Shown piece by piece: positions 9,334 to 19,179 of a stretch of 46,311 nt of DNA. The notes below the pieces were generated by a model, which was not told where the DNA came from, made no database searches, and saw only the letters and a program-made list of their open reading frames with translations. Numbering within the stretch: the first letter of the stretch is position 1; each line of letters opens with the position of its first letter. Made by a program: the position numbers and the translations under genes. The stretch covers positions 1 to 46,311 of the forward strand of contig JBAYYO010000001.1 in assembly GCA_041672985.1 (NCBI GenBank), given 5' to 3'. This DNA is from Syntrophomonas sp. (GTDB taxonomy: Bacteria; Bacillota; Syntrophomonadia; Syntrophomonadales; Syntrophomonadaceae).

Positions 9334-10617
9334 TTAAAACGCATTTAAGGCCAGATTCACCGCTTCGGCGGTCTTGTCGATATCCTTAACAGTATGTGCC
9401 CCGGATATAAAACAAACTTCAAACTGAGAAGGTGGAAAATATATACCCGACTCCAACATACGCCGGAAGAACAGCGCATATTTGTCCGTGTCGCAACTTA
9501 GAACGGTTTCATAATCGTATACTTCTCGTTCGGTAAAGAACAAGGAAAACAGTGATCCGTTTCTGTTGATGGAATATTTAATATCATGTGCATCGAAAAT
9601 TAATTGTATTTTGTCTGATAATTGATAAGCCATTTGCTGGATACGTTCATAAAAGCCACCGTCCTGCAATTTTTTCAAAGTAGCAGTCCCGGCGGCCATT
9701 GCCAGAGGATTGCCCGACAGAGTGCCTGCCTGGTATACGTCTCCTTCGGGGGCAACCCGATCCATGATTTCTCTTCGGCCGCCATAAGCTCCTACCGGTA
9801 AACCCCCACCTATAATCTTGCCCAGCGTTGTCAGGTCAGGTTTAATCCCGAGCTGGGTTTGCACCCCACCATAACATACCCTGAATCCAGTTATAACCTC
9901 GTCAAAGATTAACAGACTTCCATACATCCTGGTTATGTCTCGCAGTCCCTCCAGAAAACCGGGCTTGGGATTTATAAGACCCATATTAGCGGCGACTGGT
10001 TCCACAACAACCGCAGCAATATCGGGGCCTGCCTGCATAAAGGCCTTTTTTACAGATTCAAGGTCGTTATACCTGCAGACCAGAGTTTCATCAATAAAGG
10101 TCTTGGGCACACCAGCACTGGTTGGGATGCCTGTGGTAAGCATACCTGACCCGGCCTTGATTAAAAAGGTATCTGCATGTCCATGATAACAGCCCTCAAA
10201 TTTGATAATCTTGTCACGTCCAGTATAGGCTCGCGCCAGACGCACCGCACTCATCGCAGCTTCGGTCCCCGAGTTGACCAATCGCACCCTATCTATGGAT
10301 GGAAAGGCTTCGCATATTAACTGGGTCAACTCGATTTCTCTGGCACAGCAGGCCCCAAAACTGGTGCCCTCCTGGGCGGCCGCGCATATTGCCTGGACTA
10401 CTTCTGGATGACTATGCCCCAAAATGAGCGGCCCCCACGAGCACACATAGTCAATGAATTGGTTGTCATCTTCATCATAAATTTTAGACCCCCGGCCTTT
10501 CTTAATCATCAGCGGGGTCATCCCCACCGACTTAAAGGCTCTGACGGGGCTGTTAACTCCGCCTGGCATATATTTCCTGGCTTTATTAAACAATTGTTCT
10601 GATTGTCTGGTATCCAT
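9334..10617 (-). CDS. hemL: Glutamate-1-semialdehyde 2,1-aminomutase
   Basis: 427 aa of class-III aminotransferase / HemL sequence (GGVNSPVRAF..., YQAGTLSGNPLAMAAG). It is the last gene of the hem operon. Confidence 0.93.
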   Translation of the reverse strand: MDTRQSEQLFNKARKYMPGGVNSPVRAFKSVGMTPLMIKKGRGSKIYDEDDNQFIDYVCSWGPLILGHSHPEVVQAICAAAQEGTSFGACCAREIELTQLICEAFPSIDRVRLVNSGTEAAMSAVRLARAYTGRDKIIKFEGCYHGHADTFLIKAGSGMLTTGIPTSAGVPKTFIDETLVCRYNDLESVKKAFMQAGPDIAAVVVEPVAANMGLINPKPGFLEGLRDITRMYGSLLIFDEVITGFRVCYGGVQTQLGIKPDLTTLGKIIGGGLPVGAYGGRREIMDRVAPEGDVYQAGTLSGNPLAMAAGTATLKKLQDGGFYERIQQMAYQLSDKIQLIFDAHDIKYSINRNGSLFSLFFTEREVYDYETVLSCDTDKYALFFRRMLESGIYFPPSQFEVCFISGAHTVKDIDKTAEAVNLALNAF

Positions 10618-10668
10618 GCTGGGATTCCTCCCCTATTATTTATTCCCTTAACTGGTCTTCTAGAATAC

Positions 10669-11136
10669 TTAAATATATTTCATGCTGGCTTTTTTGAATT
10701 CCTTAAGGCTCCTAATAACTATGTACTCACTCAAACCCGTTTGCTGGGCTGCAGCGTCGACAATTTTCATAAGCTGTTCCTCACTCTGGGCATGAATCAT
10801 AGAAAACAAGTTATATGGAAATGAATCAGGAACCTGTCGCAAATAACAGTGACTAATTGATTTGTATCCAGCCATTATTCGACCTGCTTCATCAGCACTC
10901 TCTAATCCAGCCTTCCAGGCGACCATAGCATTGGAGCCGTATCCGGCCTGCTGATGGCGAAGCACAACTCCCCATCTTCTCATGATGCCTTTTTGCCCCC
11001 ATAATTGTATCCGCTCAACTATCTCCTGTTCAGAAATACCCAGTTCCTCGGCAAGTTTCTGAAAGGGACGTGTTTTTAGAGGGAGGTCTCCCTGTATTAA
11101 GGCTATAATACCCCTGTCTATTGCATCATACATCAT
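10669..11136 (-). CDS. Siroheme decarboxylase subunit (AhbA/AhbB, NirD/L/G/H-like Lrp/AsnC fold)
   Basis: 155 aa with an N-terminal winged HTH (IIALIQGDLPLKTRPFQKLAEELGISEQEIVERI). It is paired with a paralog and overlaps that paralog by 11 nt. Which copy is A and which is B cannot be told by eye. Confidence 0.75.
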   Translation of the reverse strand: MMYDAIDRGIIALIQGDLPLKTRPFQKLAEELGISEQEIVERIQLWGQKGIMRRWGVVLRHQQAGYGSNAMVAWKAGLESADEAGRIMAGYKSISHCYLRQVPDSFPYNLFSMIHAQSEEQLMKIVDAAAQQTGLSEYIVIRSLKEFKKASMKYI

Positions 11137-11596
11137 TAGAACTCCCCATATCGAAAGATACTTTTATTTTATAAACCTTCTGGGCCGGCATATTGATTAT
11201 TTTTAGGCCTAATAAGGTTTCCAGTTCGCTCAGTTTTGCTTCCAACTCCTCAAGGGAGGGCATTGTTAACGTAAACCACATATTATATTCATGATCCCTT
11301 AGATAATTATGAGTAACCCCTGGCAGCTGATTTATTATCTCCGCTGCCTCTTCAATTTGTACCTCCGGAACGGTCACGGCACACAGGGTAGAATAAAAGC
11401 CCAAACTACGGGAGTCCATGATGCCCCCGATTCTCCTGATCACACCACTGGCCTTCATCGCCGCAATTCTGGTCAGGAGTTCTTCCTCACTGATGTTCAG
11501 TCGATTAGACATTTCCTGAAAGGGCTGTACAGCCAGCGGAAAATCATTTTGTAATATGTCTAGAATTTTTCTATCCACATTCTCCCCGACACGCAC
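11126..11596 (-). CDS. Siroheme decarboxylase subunit (AhbA/AhbB family)
   Basis: 156 aa (ILDILQNDFPLAVQPFQEMSNRLNISEEELLTRI...). GTG start directly after the stop of the radical-SAM gene, with GGGGGGA 7 nt upstream. Confidence 0.75.
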   Translation of the reverse strand: MRVGENVDRKILDILQNDFPLAVQPFQEMSNRLNISEEELLTRIAAMKASGVIRRIGGIMDSRSLGFYSTLCAVTVPEVQIEEAAEIINQLPGVTHNYLRDHEYNMWFTLTMPSLEELEAKLSELETLLGLKIINMPAQKVYKIKVSFDMGSSNDV

Positions 11597-12589
11597 CTAA
11601 ACATCCCCCCTGGGGTGGTATAAACACCAGCTATCTTCCGCCATATAATCACCATTATAATAATTCGCTCGGGCTCTGCAACCCCCACAGCGGGTCTTAT
11701 AATCACATATCCCGCACTTACCCTTATAATCCATAGTGCGCAGCTTTTGTAAAATCTCATTGTCCCGCCAGATACTATCAAAGGACTTTTCCCTAACATT
11801 GCCGAGTGGCATGTCCAGGTAGGCACAGGGCTGAACATTTCCGGTCGGACTGATAATACAGTAGCTAATCCCTGCCAGGCACCCTTTAGAAAATCTGAGG
11901 GGTATGCCTTTTTTATCGGCTACCCTGATGAACTGGGGAGCACAGGTAGGCTTTATTTCAATTGACACCGTCTTCTGTTTTTCCATCACTCGAGCTATGG
12001 TTTTCTCATATTCAACTACTCGTAAAGCCTCATCCTCAATATTTATAGCCCTCCCGGTGGGCACCAGAAAGAATATGTGATGGGCCATGGCACCGATCTC
12101 AACAGCAAAATCTGTTATAGTTTCCAATTCCTCCACATTCCAATCCATAACCGTGGTATGAATCTGAAAAGGCAAACCTGCTGACTTGAGGTTTTCCATG
12201 CCTTCAACCGTCAGCTGATAAGCGTTATCCAGTTTGCGGAAAGAATTGTTTTTGACAGGGTCAAGGCTGTCAAGACTAACGCCTGCCGCCATAAAACCGG
12301 CTTTTTTCATCCGGCTGGCCACCTCGGGGGTAATAAGGCTCCCGTTGGTTCCCATAACTGCACGCAACCCCTGTCGGGTGGCAAAAGAAGCAAGTTCATA
12401 AATATCCGAGCGCATCAAAGGCTCGCCACCGCTGAAAATCATAATCTGGAAACCAGCCTTTTTAATCTCCTCGATTAACTTCCTGGCTTCGGCGGTAGAA
12501 AGCTCTTCTTCAGATTTAACGCCAGCATCCCTATAACAATGGTCACAAAACATATTACATTGGTTGGTGGTATTCCAGGAAACCAGCAT
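11597..12589 (-). CDS. Radical SAM/SPASM enzyme of the AhbC/AhbD (NirJ-like) heme biosynthesis family
   Basis: 330 aa. The CxxxCxxC motif is at the N-terminus (NQCNMFCDHCY) and a Cys-rich SPASM-like C-terminus follows (CAYLD...CGICDYKTRCGGCRARA). It is embedded in the hem operon next to ahbAB. Confidence 0.72.
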   Translation of the reverse strand: MLVSWNTTNQCNMFCDHCYRDAGVKSEEELSTAEARKLIEEIKKAGFQIMIFSGGEPLMRSDIYELASFATRQGLRAVMGTNGSLITPEVASRMKKAGFMAAGVSLDSLDPVKNNSFRKLDNAYQLTVEGMENLKSAGLPFQIHTTVMDWNVEELETITDFAVEIGAMAHHIFFLVPTGRAINIEDEALRVVEYEKTIARVMEKQKTVSIEIKPTCAPQFIRVADKKGIPLRFSKGCLAGISYCIISPTGNVQPCAYLDMPLGNVREKSFDSIWRDNEILQKLRTMDYKGKCGICDYKTRCGGCRARANYYNGDYMAEDSWCLYHPRGDV

Positions 12590-12638
12590 TTAAAAACCCC
12601 CTCATACTTTACTCATCAAGTCTATTGTCTCCAATAAA

Positions 12639-13616
12639 CTATGGCTGGAGTAGCCTGGCCATATCCTTGGCAGCGTAAGTAATGATCATATCAGCACCGG
12701 CCCTCTTAATAGCGATCAGTATCTCAGTCATTACCGCCTCTTCATCGATCCATCCCTGGGCAGCGGCGGCTTTAACCATGGCATATTCACCACTCACATT
12801 ATAGGCAGCGGTCGGATAAGCAAACTTATCCTTCACCGCCTTCAACACATCCAGATAAGCTAAAGCCGGTTTGACCATAACAATATCTGCACCCTCGGCA
12901 ATATCAAGCTCCACTTCGCGTAAAGCTTCCAAAATGTTGGCCGGATCCATCTGGTAGGTCTTGCGATTGCCAAACTTGGGAGTTGATTCAGCCGCTTCCC
13001 GAAAAGGCCCGTAGAAGGCCGAAGAATATTTGGCCGCATAAGACATTATGGGGATGTGGTTATAGCCCTCACCATCCAGTATATTCCTGATGTACCCAAC
13101 TCTACCATCCATCATATCTGAGGGTGCTACCATATCTGCACCTGCTTCTACATGTGATAAGGCTTCCCAGGCCAACAAATCCAGGCTGGCATCATTATTG
13201 ACACAACCATCAGCTTCTACAATACCACAATGCCCATGATCCATATACTCACATAAACAAACATCGGTTATAACCAATAAATCTGGACAAGTATCCTTTA
13301 TAGCCCGGATGGCCTCCTGCACCACCCCATCCTTATCATAGGCTGTGCTGGCCCGATTGTCTTTGTATTCCGGTATCCCAAAAAGCAACACCGCCGGAAT
13401 ACCCCAAGAATTTATTTCATCTATCTCCGCTGCCAGATTATCCACTGATAGTTGGAATACGCCCGGCATCGATTGCACCGGAGTTCTCTTATCTTTTCCG
13501 AAAGTCACAAAGAGAGGGTAAATGAAATCTTTTACATTAAGATGGGTTTCGCGGACCATGCTGCGAATGTTTTCATTAGCCCTCAGTCTTCTCATTCTAG
13601 TTATTGGAAAACTCAT
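12639..13616 (-). CDS. hemB: Porphobilinogen synthase (delta-aminolevulinate dehydratase), Zn type
   Basis: I chose the start at ATG 13616 (MSFPITRMRRLR...; AAGGGGTGA ribosome-binding site; 16 nt after the cobA/hemD stop) rather than the ORF-track 13766. The Cys-rich Zn site is DVCLCEYMDHGHCG. Confidence 0.9.
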   Translation of the reverse strand: MSFPITRMRRLRANENIRSMVRETHLNVKDFIYPLFVTFGKDKRTPVQSMPGVFQLSVDNLAAEIDEINSWGIPAVLLFGIPEYKDNRASTAYDKDGVVQEAIRAIKDTCPDLLVITDVCLCEYMDHGHCGIVEADGCVNNDASLDLLAWEALSHVEAGADMVAPSDMMDGRVGYIRNILDGEGYNHIPIMSYAAKYSSAFYGPFREAAESTPKFGNRKTYQMDPANILEALREVELDIAEGADIVMVKPALAYLDVLKAVKDKFAYPTAAYNVSGEYAMVKAAAAQGWIDEEAVMTEILIAIKRAGADMIITYAAKDMARLLQP

Positions 13617-13632
13617 TGGATCACCCCTTAAT

Positions 13633-15168
13633 TCAGAATCCAGCATATTTGAGGTCTTGTACAATTGAGTCCAGTAATGCTTCAATAGTATATTGGGTGG
13701 GCATAATATCGACTGTAAATCCATTTTCCTGAGCTGTTCTGGCTGTAATTGGACCGATACAGGCAACCTTTACTTTAGCATTGAAATCCTTGATATTTTC
13801 CGACCCTATTATATTAACAAAATTTTTTACGGTGGAGGAACTGGTAAAAGTTATATAATCCACCTCGCCGTCCCTTATATTTTGCAGACGGGATGGATTG
13901 ACATGGGACGTTGGGGCGGCCTGATAGATGATTACCTCATCAACAACGGCCCCTAACTGCCGCATACTCTCCGGCAGAATCTCACGGGCTCCCCGGGCCC
14001 GGGGTAAAAGTATGCGCTCACCGGGTTTTATCAGGTTCTTTAATTCGGCGATGATCCCCTCAGCACGATACTCTGTAGGCATCAAGTCCACTAATAATCC
14101 CCGCCGGGTAAGCTGGGCTGCAGTTGCCGGACCTATCGCACAGATTCTGATGCCCCGTAATTGCCGAATATCAATCTCCCTCAAGCGGAGTTCTTTAAAA
14201 AATATCTCCACCGCATTAGCACTGGTAAATATTATCCAGGCATAATCATTAAGCTCGGCCAAGGCTTTATAAAGAGCCGTTAAATTATCTTCCTTAACGA
14301 TTTCTATGGACGGAAACTCAATAGCTTCTCCGCCCTCATCTCTTATAAGCTCCAACAAGCCGCTGGCTTGGGCTCTAGCTCTGGTGACTACAATTTTTGC
14401 TCCCCAGAGCGGACCATTTTCCCTCCATTTTAACTCCTGGCGCAAACCCACGGTCTCCCCCACCACAATAATAGCCGGTGGTTTAAAGTTTGCCTGCCGC
14501 ACTTTTTCAACAATATCTGCCAGGGTGCCGGAGATTACGGCCTGATCCGGAAGTGTCCCCCGGCGAATCAAGGCTACCGGTGTGTCCGGGCTTCTTCCAG
14601 CCTCCAGCAGATTACTGACAATAAACTCCAGGTTTTCAACCCCCATCAGAAATACCAGGGTGCCTATCCCAGTGGCTATTTTATCCCATTGAATGGAACT
14701 AACCGCCTTGCCTGGTTTTTCGTGGCCGGTAATTACTGCAAAACTGGAGGTTGCATCTCTATGAGTCACCGGAATCCCTGCATAGGCAGGTACGGCTACG
14801 GCCGACGTTATACCCGGAACTATTTCAAATCTCAAGCCATGCTGGTGAACAAACTGCGCTTCTTCCCCACCCCGCCCAAATACAAAGGGGTCGCCCCCTT
14901 TTAAACGGGCCACGATTTTGCCTTCCCGGGCTTTTTGCACCAGCAGTTTATTAATTTCATCCTGGGGCAGGGCGTGATTGCTGGAAGCTTTACCGACATA
15001 AATAAACTCCGCATCTTGAGGTGCATAATCAAGTATATCCTGACCAATCAAGCGATCATAAATAACAACATCTGCAGTTTCCAGCACTTTCTTGCCTTTG
15101 ATCGTAAATAAACCGGGGTCTCCAGGCCCCGCCCCAATCAGATAAACAATCCCTTGCTTTGGCATCAA
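13633..15168 (-). CDS. cobA: Fused uroporphyrinogen-III C-methyltransferase / uroporphyrinogen-III synthase
   Basis: 511 aa. The N-terminal ~250 aa are a SUMT domain (VYLIGAGPGDPGL...), and the C-terminal ~250 aa are HemD-like. Confidence 0.88.
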   Translation of the reverse strand: MMPKQGIVYLIGAGPGDPGLFTIKGKKVLETADVVIYDRLIGQDILDYAPQDAEFIYVGKASSNHALPQDEINKLLVQKAREGKIVARLKGGDPFVFGRGGEEAQFVHQHGLRFEIVPGITSAVAVPAYAGIPVTHRDATSSFAVITGHEKPGKAVSSIQWDKIATGIGTLVFLMGVENLEFIVSNLLEAGRSPDTPVALIRRGTLPDQAVISGTLADIVEKVRQANFKPPAIIVVGETVGLRQELKWRENGPLWGAKIVVTRARAQASGLLELIRDEGGEAIEFPSIEIVKEDNLTALYKALAELNDYAWIIFTSANAVEIFFKELRLREIDIRQLRGIRICAIGPATAAQLTRRGLLVDLMPTEYRAEGIIAELKNLIKPGERILLPRARGAREILPESMRQLGAVVDEVIIYQAAPTSHVNPSRLQNIRDGEVDYITFTSSSTVKNFVNIIGSENIKDFNAKVKVACIGPITARTAQENGFTVDIMPTQYTIEALLDSIVQDLKYAGF

Positions 15169-16104
15169 TTATTCTCCTAAACGCTTTATTTCTTCCAGAA
15201 TTCTATGTGCCCCCCTGCTTAAAAGGTTCTGGGCCAAGATTCTGCCAATTTCCTCAGCCTGATCCAAAGGCCCCGAAAGACTACCTTTAATCAATTGCTG
15301 CCCGTCCATAGAGGCCACCAAGCCTTCTAAATTGAGTACGTCGTCTTTAATGTGAGCCAGGGAAGCGATAGGCACCTGACATCCTCCCTCTAGCTCCCGC
15401 AGGAGAGCTCTTTCGGATTGGGTGGCAATATCAGTAGGCAGGTCATTTATAAGCCCCATGATCTTTAGGGTCTCATAATCATCCTCCCGCACCTCGATCG
15501 CAATAGCTCCTTGCCCTACTGCAGGCATAATTGCCTCCGTGCTTATCATTTCTGTAATCTGCCCGGTATAGTTCAGGCGTTTTACTCCTGCGTAAGCGAG
15601 AATAATCCCATCCAAATCCTGGGTTACCATCTTTTTGATACGGGTTTCCACATTCCCCCGCAGGTCGGTTGTACGAATATCGGGTCGCAACGCTTTTAGT
15701 TGTGCTATCCGGCGCAGACTTGAAGTTCCGACTAATCCGTTAGGGGGCAAGGTGGTCAGGGTATACCCTTTATGGGATATTAGGACATCCCGGGGGTTTT
15801 CGCGTTTTAAAACCGCTCCCAAAGTAAGACCAGGAGCTAAAAATGAGGGTAAATCCTTCATGCTGTGTACGGCTAGATCGACCTCGCCGGCCAGCAGTGC
15901 ATTCTCTATTTCTCTGGTGAAAAGCCCTTTATCCCCAATTTTGGATAAAGCCACATCTAATATTTTATCACCCTTGGTTTTAATAATATTTATTACAATA
16001 TTTAGATCAGGCGCTTTACCTTTAATTTCCCTGGCAACACAATCGGCCTGCCATAGAGCCAGTGCACTACCCCTTGTTCCCAGCCTTAATTGTTTCATAA
16101 ACAT
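15169..16104 (-). CDS. hemC: Hydroxymethylbilane synthase (porphobilinogen deaminase)
   Basis: LRLGTRGSALALWQA... The start could be ATG 16104 or ATG 16098. It overlaps the 3' end of hemA. Confidence 0.9.
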   Translation of the reverse strand: MFMKQLRLGTRGSALALWQADCVAREIKGKAPDLNIVINIIKTKGDKILDVALSKIGDKGLFTREIENALLAGEVDLAVHSMKDLPSFLAPGLTLGAVLKRENPRDVLISHKGYTLTTLPPNGLVGTSSLRRIAQLKALRPDIRTTDLRGNVETRIKKMVTQDLDGIILAYAGVKRLNYTGQITEMISTEAIMPAVGQGAIAIEVREDDYETLKIMGLINDLPTDIATQSERALLRELEGGCQVPIASLAHIKDDVLNLEGLVASMDGQQLIKGSLSGPLDQAEEIGRILAQNLLSRGAHRILEEIKRLGE

Positions 16105-17380
16105 CCTGCTCCTCGCCCGGTAATTGCAAACTAAACAGCTTTTTCACTACTTCAGCATAGAGATGTCCCTGGTTGCTTACGGCCATCTCTTTCAAGTTTA
16201 TCACTGGATAATGCAGCAATTGATTGATAATGGAATGGGCCAGTGCAGTGATAATCTCTTTTTCGTGGTCAGAAACTTCACCCAACCTGTTAAAGGTTTT
16301 TTTAAGTTCATTCTGTTTAATGATTTCCCCATGCTTTTTGAGCGCTGATATGACAGGCACTACGTACAGACTGGCCATCCATTCGTTGAATTCCAGCAAT
16401 TGATCAGCAATAATATCATTCGCTTTGATGGCCGCTTTGTGCCGGGCAGTAAAGTTTGAATTAATTACACCCTGCAAATCATCAATATCATACAGATAAA
16501 CTCCTTCAATGGTGTTGAGCACTGGCTCTATGTCTCGAGGTACAGCGATGTCAATCAGTATTATTTTCCGCCCCTGACGAGCCAGCAGGGCTTCACGGCA
16601 ATTATCTTCCCGAATCACATAATGCCTGGCAGCTGTACAACTGATGACAATATCAGCATTCTTCAATTCTTCCGCCAGTACATCAAATCGTACTGCCCGA
16701 CCGTTTAAATACTGTGCCATCTCCACCGCTTTTTCATAAGAACGATTGGAAACCATAACCGAATGCACACCATTTAGCAGCAAATACTTGGTGGTTAGGT
16801 CGCCTACTTCCCCTGCTCCCACCACCAGGACAGTTTTATCTTGCAAAGAACCCAGTATCTTTTTGGCTAGTTCCACCGCTGCATAACTGACCGAAACAGG
16901 ATGTTGGTCTATAGCCGTCTCGGTGCGAACCTTTTTACCCACATATAATGCCTTCTGAAACAGGGAATTCAACACTCCATCGGCGGCCTTAAGTTCCTGG
17001 GCCTTCTGGTATGCCTCCTTGACCTGCCCCAATACCTGGGTTTCTCCTACTATCATAGAATCTAGTCCGGATGATACTCTAAAAAGATGTTCAATAGCCT
17101 CATAACAATCCGGCTGATAAACGTATCTGTCTAATTCCTCAGCTGATAAGCCAGAATAGGATAGCAAAAATGATTTCAAGTAATTCTGACCTGCTTCAAT
17201 GTCCCGGGCAGTAGCATACAACTCGGTACGATTGCAGGTGTTAAGTATAACCAGACCTTCAATATCTTCATTTTTCAGCTTCGCGTAAGCATGCTCCAAC
17301 TGAGAAGGAGCAAAAGCAAATTTCTCACGGATATCAACCGGCGCTGTCTGATGATTTATTCCCGTAAGCAAGACATACAT
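16067..17380 (-). CDS. hemA: Glutamyl-tRNA reductase
   Basis: 437 aa with the active-site region ILNTCNRTELY and a NADPH-binding GAGEVG motif. Confidence 0.92.
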   Translation of the reverse strand: MYVLLTGINHQTAPVDIREKFAFAPSQLEHAYAKLKNEDIEGLVILNTCNRTELYATARDIEAGQNYLKSFLLSYSGLSAEELDRYVYQPDCYEAIEHLFRVSSGLDSMIVGETQVLGQVKEAYQKAQELKAADGVLNSLFQKALYVGKKVRTETAIDQHPVSVSYAAVELAKKILGSLQDKTVLVVGAGEVGDLTTKYLLLNGVHSVMVSNRSYEKAVEMAQYLNGRAVRFDVLAEELKNADIVISCTAARHYVIREDNCREALLARQGRKIILIDIAVPRDIEPVLNTIEGVYLYDIDDLQGVINSNFTARHKAAIKANDIIADQLLEFNEWMASLYVVPVISALKKHGEIIKQNELKKTFNRLGEVSDHEKEIITALAHSIINQLLHYPVINLKEMAVSNQGHLYAEVVKKLFSLQLPGEEQDVYETIKAGNKG

Positions 17381-17997
17381 TGCGCAATACGCTCCTCTAT
17401 CTTTTCTTTCCTACCCTCTTTGAGCAGTTCCAAAATATCAGAATAAACTAGAGTCTCAAACAATTTCTGTCTTTCATTTATGTCCAAATGCGACTTTTTA
17501 ATGTCTTCTCTAAGTCTGCCTAAGATTTCCACCCATTCCCCATACTCAGCCGGGACTATGCTTTCCAACTCCCGCCGCAGTTTAGCAGCCAGCAGAGGAC
17601 TCTTACCCTCAGTGGAAATGGCTATACATAGTGAATTGCGTCTGAGAATTGAAGGAACATAAAAATCACAGTTGGGCGGGTCGTCAACGGCATTAACCAG
17701 AATACCTTTCTGGCGACATAATGTGGTTATAGACTTGTTAACGTTATTGTCACCAGTAGCAATAAAAACGAGAAATATATTATCCAAATCTTGAGGCTGA
17801 AAAACTCCCCGCCGCCAGATAATCAAGTTATGGGCTGCCCAGTCATCAATCATGGGAGTAACCTCAGGGCTAACCAGTATTACATCGGCTTCATATTCCA
17901 GTAAAGTAGCCACTTTACGTTCAGCTACTTTACCGCCGCCGATTACCAAGCACCTTTTGCTATCCAGATTCAAATAGATCGGGTATAAATGTGACAT
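17356..17997 (-). CDS. sirC: Precorrin-2 dehydrogenase / sirohydrochlorin ferrochelatase (SirC / CysG N-terminal type)
   Basis: 213 aa with a Rossmann motif CLVIGGGKVAERK. It is the first gene of the hem operon. Confidence 0.8.
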   Translation of the reverse strand: MSHLYPIYLNLDSKRCLVIGGGKVAERKVATLLEYEADVILVSPEVTPMIDDWAAHNLIIWRRGVFQPQDLDNIFLVFIATGDNNVNKSITTLCRQKGILVNAVDDPPNCDFYVPSILRRNSLCIAISTEGKSPLLAAKLRRELESIVPAEYGEWVEILGRLREDIKKSHLDINERQKLFETLVYSDILELLKEGRKEKIEERIAQCMSCLRE

Positions 17998-18047
17998 TTT
18001 CGCTCCTTAAATCCCTCACACTAAAAAGGCCTGCCCTCAGACCTATT

Positions 18048-18227
18048 TCATTTTTCTTTGGAATCCAGTTCGTCGTCGTCCTCTTCTTTAGCTTTTTTGA
18101 AGCTTTGCAATGCCTTTCCCAAAGATTCCCCCACTTTAGGCAATTTCCCCGGGCCAAAAATAACCAGCACTATCACCAATACCAGTACCAATTCCCAGGG
18201 TCCAATGTTACCGATAAATCCAAACAA
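18048..18227 (-). CDS. tatA: Twin-arginine translocase subunit TatA/E (not in the ORF track)
   Basis: My own translation reads (M)FGFIGNIGPWELVLVLVIVLVIFGPGKLPKVGESLGKALQSFKKAKEEDDDELDSKEK, 59 aa. TTG start with AGGAGG 7 nt upstream. It has the canonical TatA transmembrane segment plus the FGPxKLP hinge. The ORF-track entry 17960..18157 is in a different frame. Confidence 0.78.
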   Translation of the reverse strand: MFGFIGNIGPWELVLVLVIVLVIFGPGKLPKVGESLGKALQSFKKAKEEDDDELDSKEK

Positions 18228-18322
18228 AACATTTCCTCCTTCAATGTAAGCCAGCAGAGGCTTGGACGATGTTTATCAAAACCAGACAAATGTTTACTCG
18301 CAAATATACCTCTTCACCAAAC

Positions 18323-18351
18323 ATTATGACAAAAAGTCCATCCTTTGTAAA
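18323..18351 (-). promoter_or_regulatory. Putative sigma-A promoter for tatA
   Basis: On the minus strand: TTTACA, a 17-nt spacer, then CATAAT, lying between the tatC stop and the tatA start. Confidence 0.35.
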
Positions 18352-18389
18352 GAATGTGCGCTAGACAGTTTCTTCTCTCTATTAACCGT

Positions 18390-19160
18390 CTATTCCTGCA
18401 TAGAATCAGTCGTGTCCGAATCTTCAACCTTCTGGCGGGGTTTAGCCCATTTGGCAACTATTACACTAACCTCATATAGAAAATAAACCGGTACTGCCAT
18501 CATTATTTGACTGATGGGGTCAGGTCCAGGAGTAAGCACCCCAGCCAAAATAACGATAACCAGAATAGCATATTTTCTGTTTTTAGATAACATCTGGGGC
18601 TTAATTACCCCTATTTTGGTAAGAAAGAAGGTAAGTACAGGTAGTTCAAAAACAAGACCGAAGGGGATTACAAAAGACATTACGAAGGATACATATTGGT
18701 CAACCTTAAACATGGTCTCGAGGTTTTCTCCGGCTATATATACGAAGAAATTAAGCACCAGAGGCAGGATGGCAAAGTAGGCAAATAACACCCCGCCCGC
18801 AAAAAGAACAATAGTTATGGGGAATAAAGTAAAAATATATTTTCTCTCGTGCGGATAAAGAGCTGGTTTAAAAAACCTCCACATGGCCCAGGCTACGATC
18901 GGGAAAGCAAATATGAAGCCAGCCAGAAAAGACAGCTGCAGTTTGACGAAAAACGCTTCCGTAACCCCCGTTACTATCAATTCCTGATTGATAGCACGTA
19001 ATGGTAAGGTCACGATTTTCAATAAAAACTCATTATAGGCAAAGCAGATTATTGCAGCAATACCAATTGCTGCCACACTTATAAGAATGGATTTTCTTAA
19101 TTCACCTAAATGTTCCAGCAAGGTTTGTTTTTCTTCAACTGACATGTCTTTTAATGCCAC
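18390..19160 (-). CDS. tatC: Twin-arginine translocase subunit TatC
   Basis: 256 aa polytopic membrane protein. It has the TatC N-terminal signature (LLEHLGELRKSI) and six hydrophobic segments. GTG start with GGGAGG upstream. Confidence 0.9.
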   Translation of the reverse strand: MALKDMSVEEKQTLLEHLGELRKSILISVAAIGIAAIICFAYNEFLLKIVTLPLRAINQELIVTGVTEAFFVKLQLSFLAGFIFAFPIVAWAMWRFFKPALYPHERKYIFTLFPITIVLFAGGVLFAYFAILPLVLNFFVYIAGENLETMFKVDQYVSFVMSFVIPFGLVFELPVLTFFLTKIGVIKPQMLSKNRKYAILVIVILAGVLTPGPDPISQIMMAVPVYFLYEVSVIVAKWAKPRQKVEDSDTTDSMQE

Positions 19161-19179
19161 AAATATTACCTCCCATGCC

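Noticed and set aside
12639-13766. A 50-codon N-terminal extension of hemB overlapping cobA/hemD by 134 nt.
   Set aside because: The extension has no homology-like features. The internal ATG at 13616 has a strong ribosome-binding site, begins with the conserved MSFP..R.RRLR HemB N-terminus, and sits 16 nt after the upstream stop.
17960-18157. The 65-aa minus-strand ORF in the track (MARGNCLKWGNLWERH...).
   Set aside because: It has no ribosome-binding site and its sequence is implausible. It overlaps the sirC start, and the alternative frame encodes a canonical TatA.
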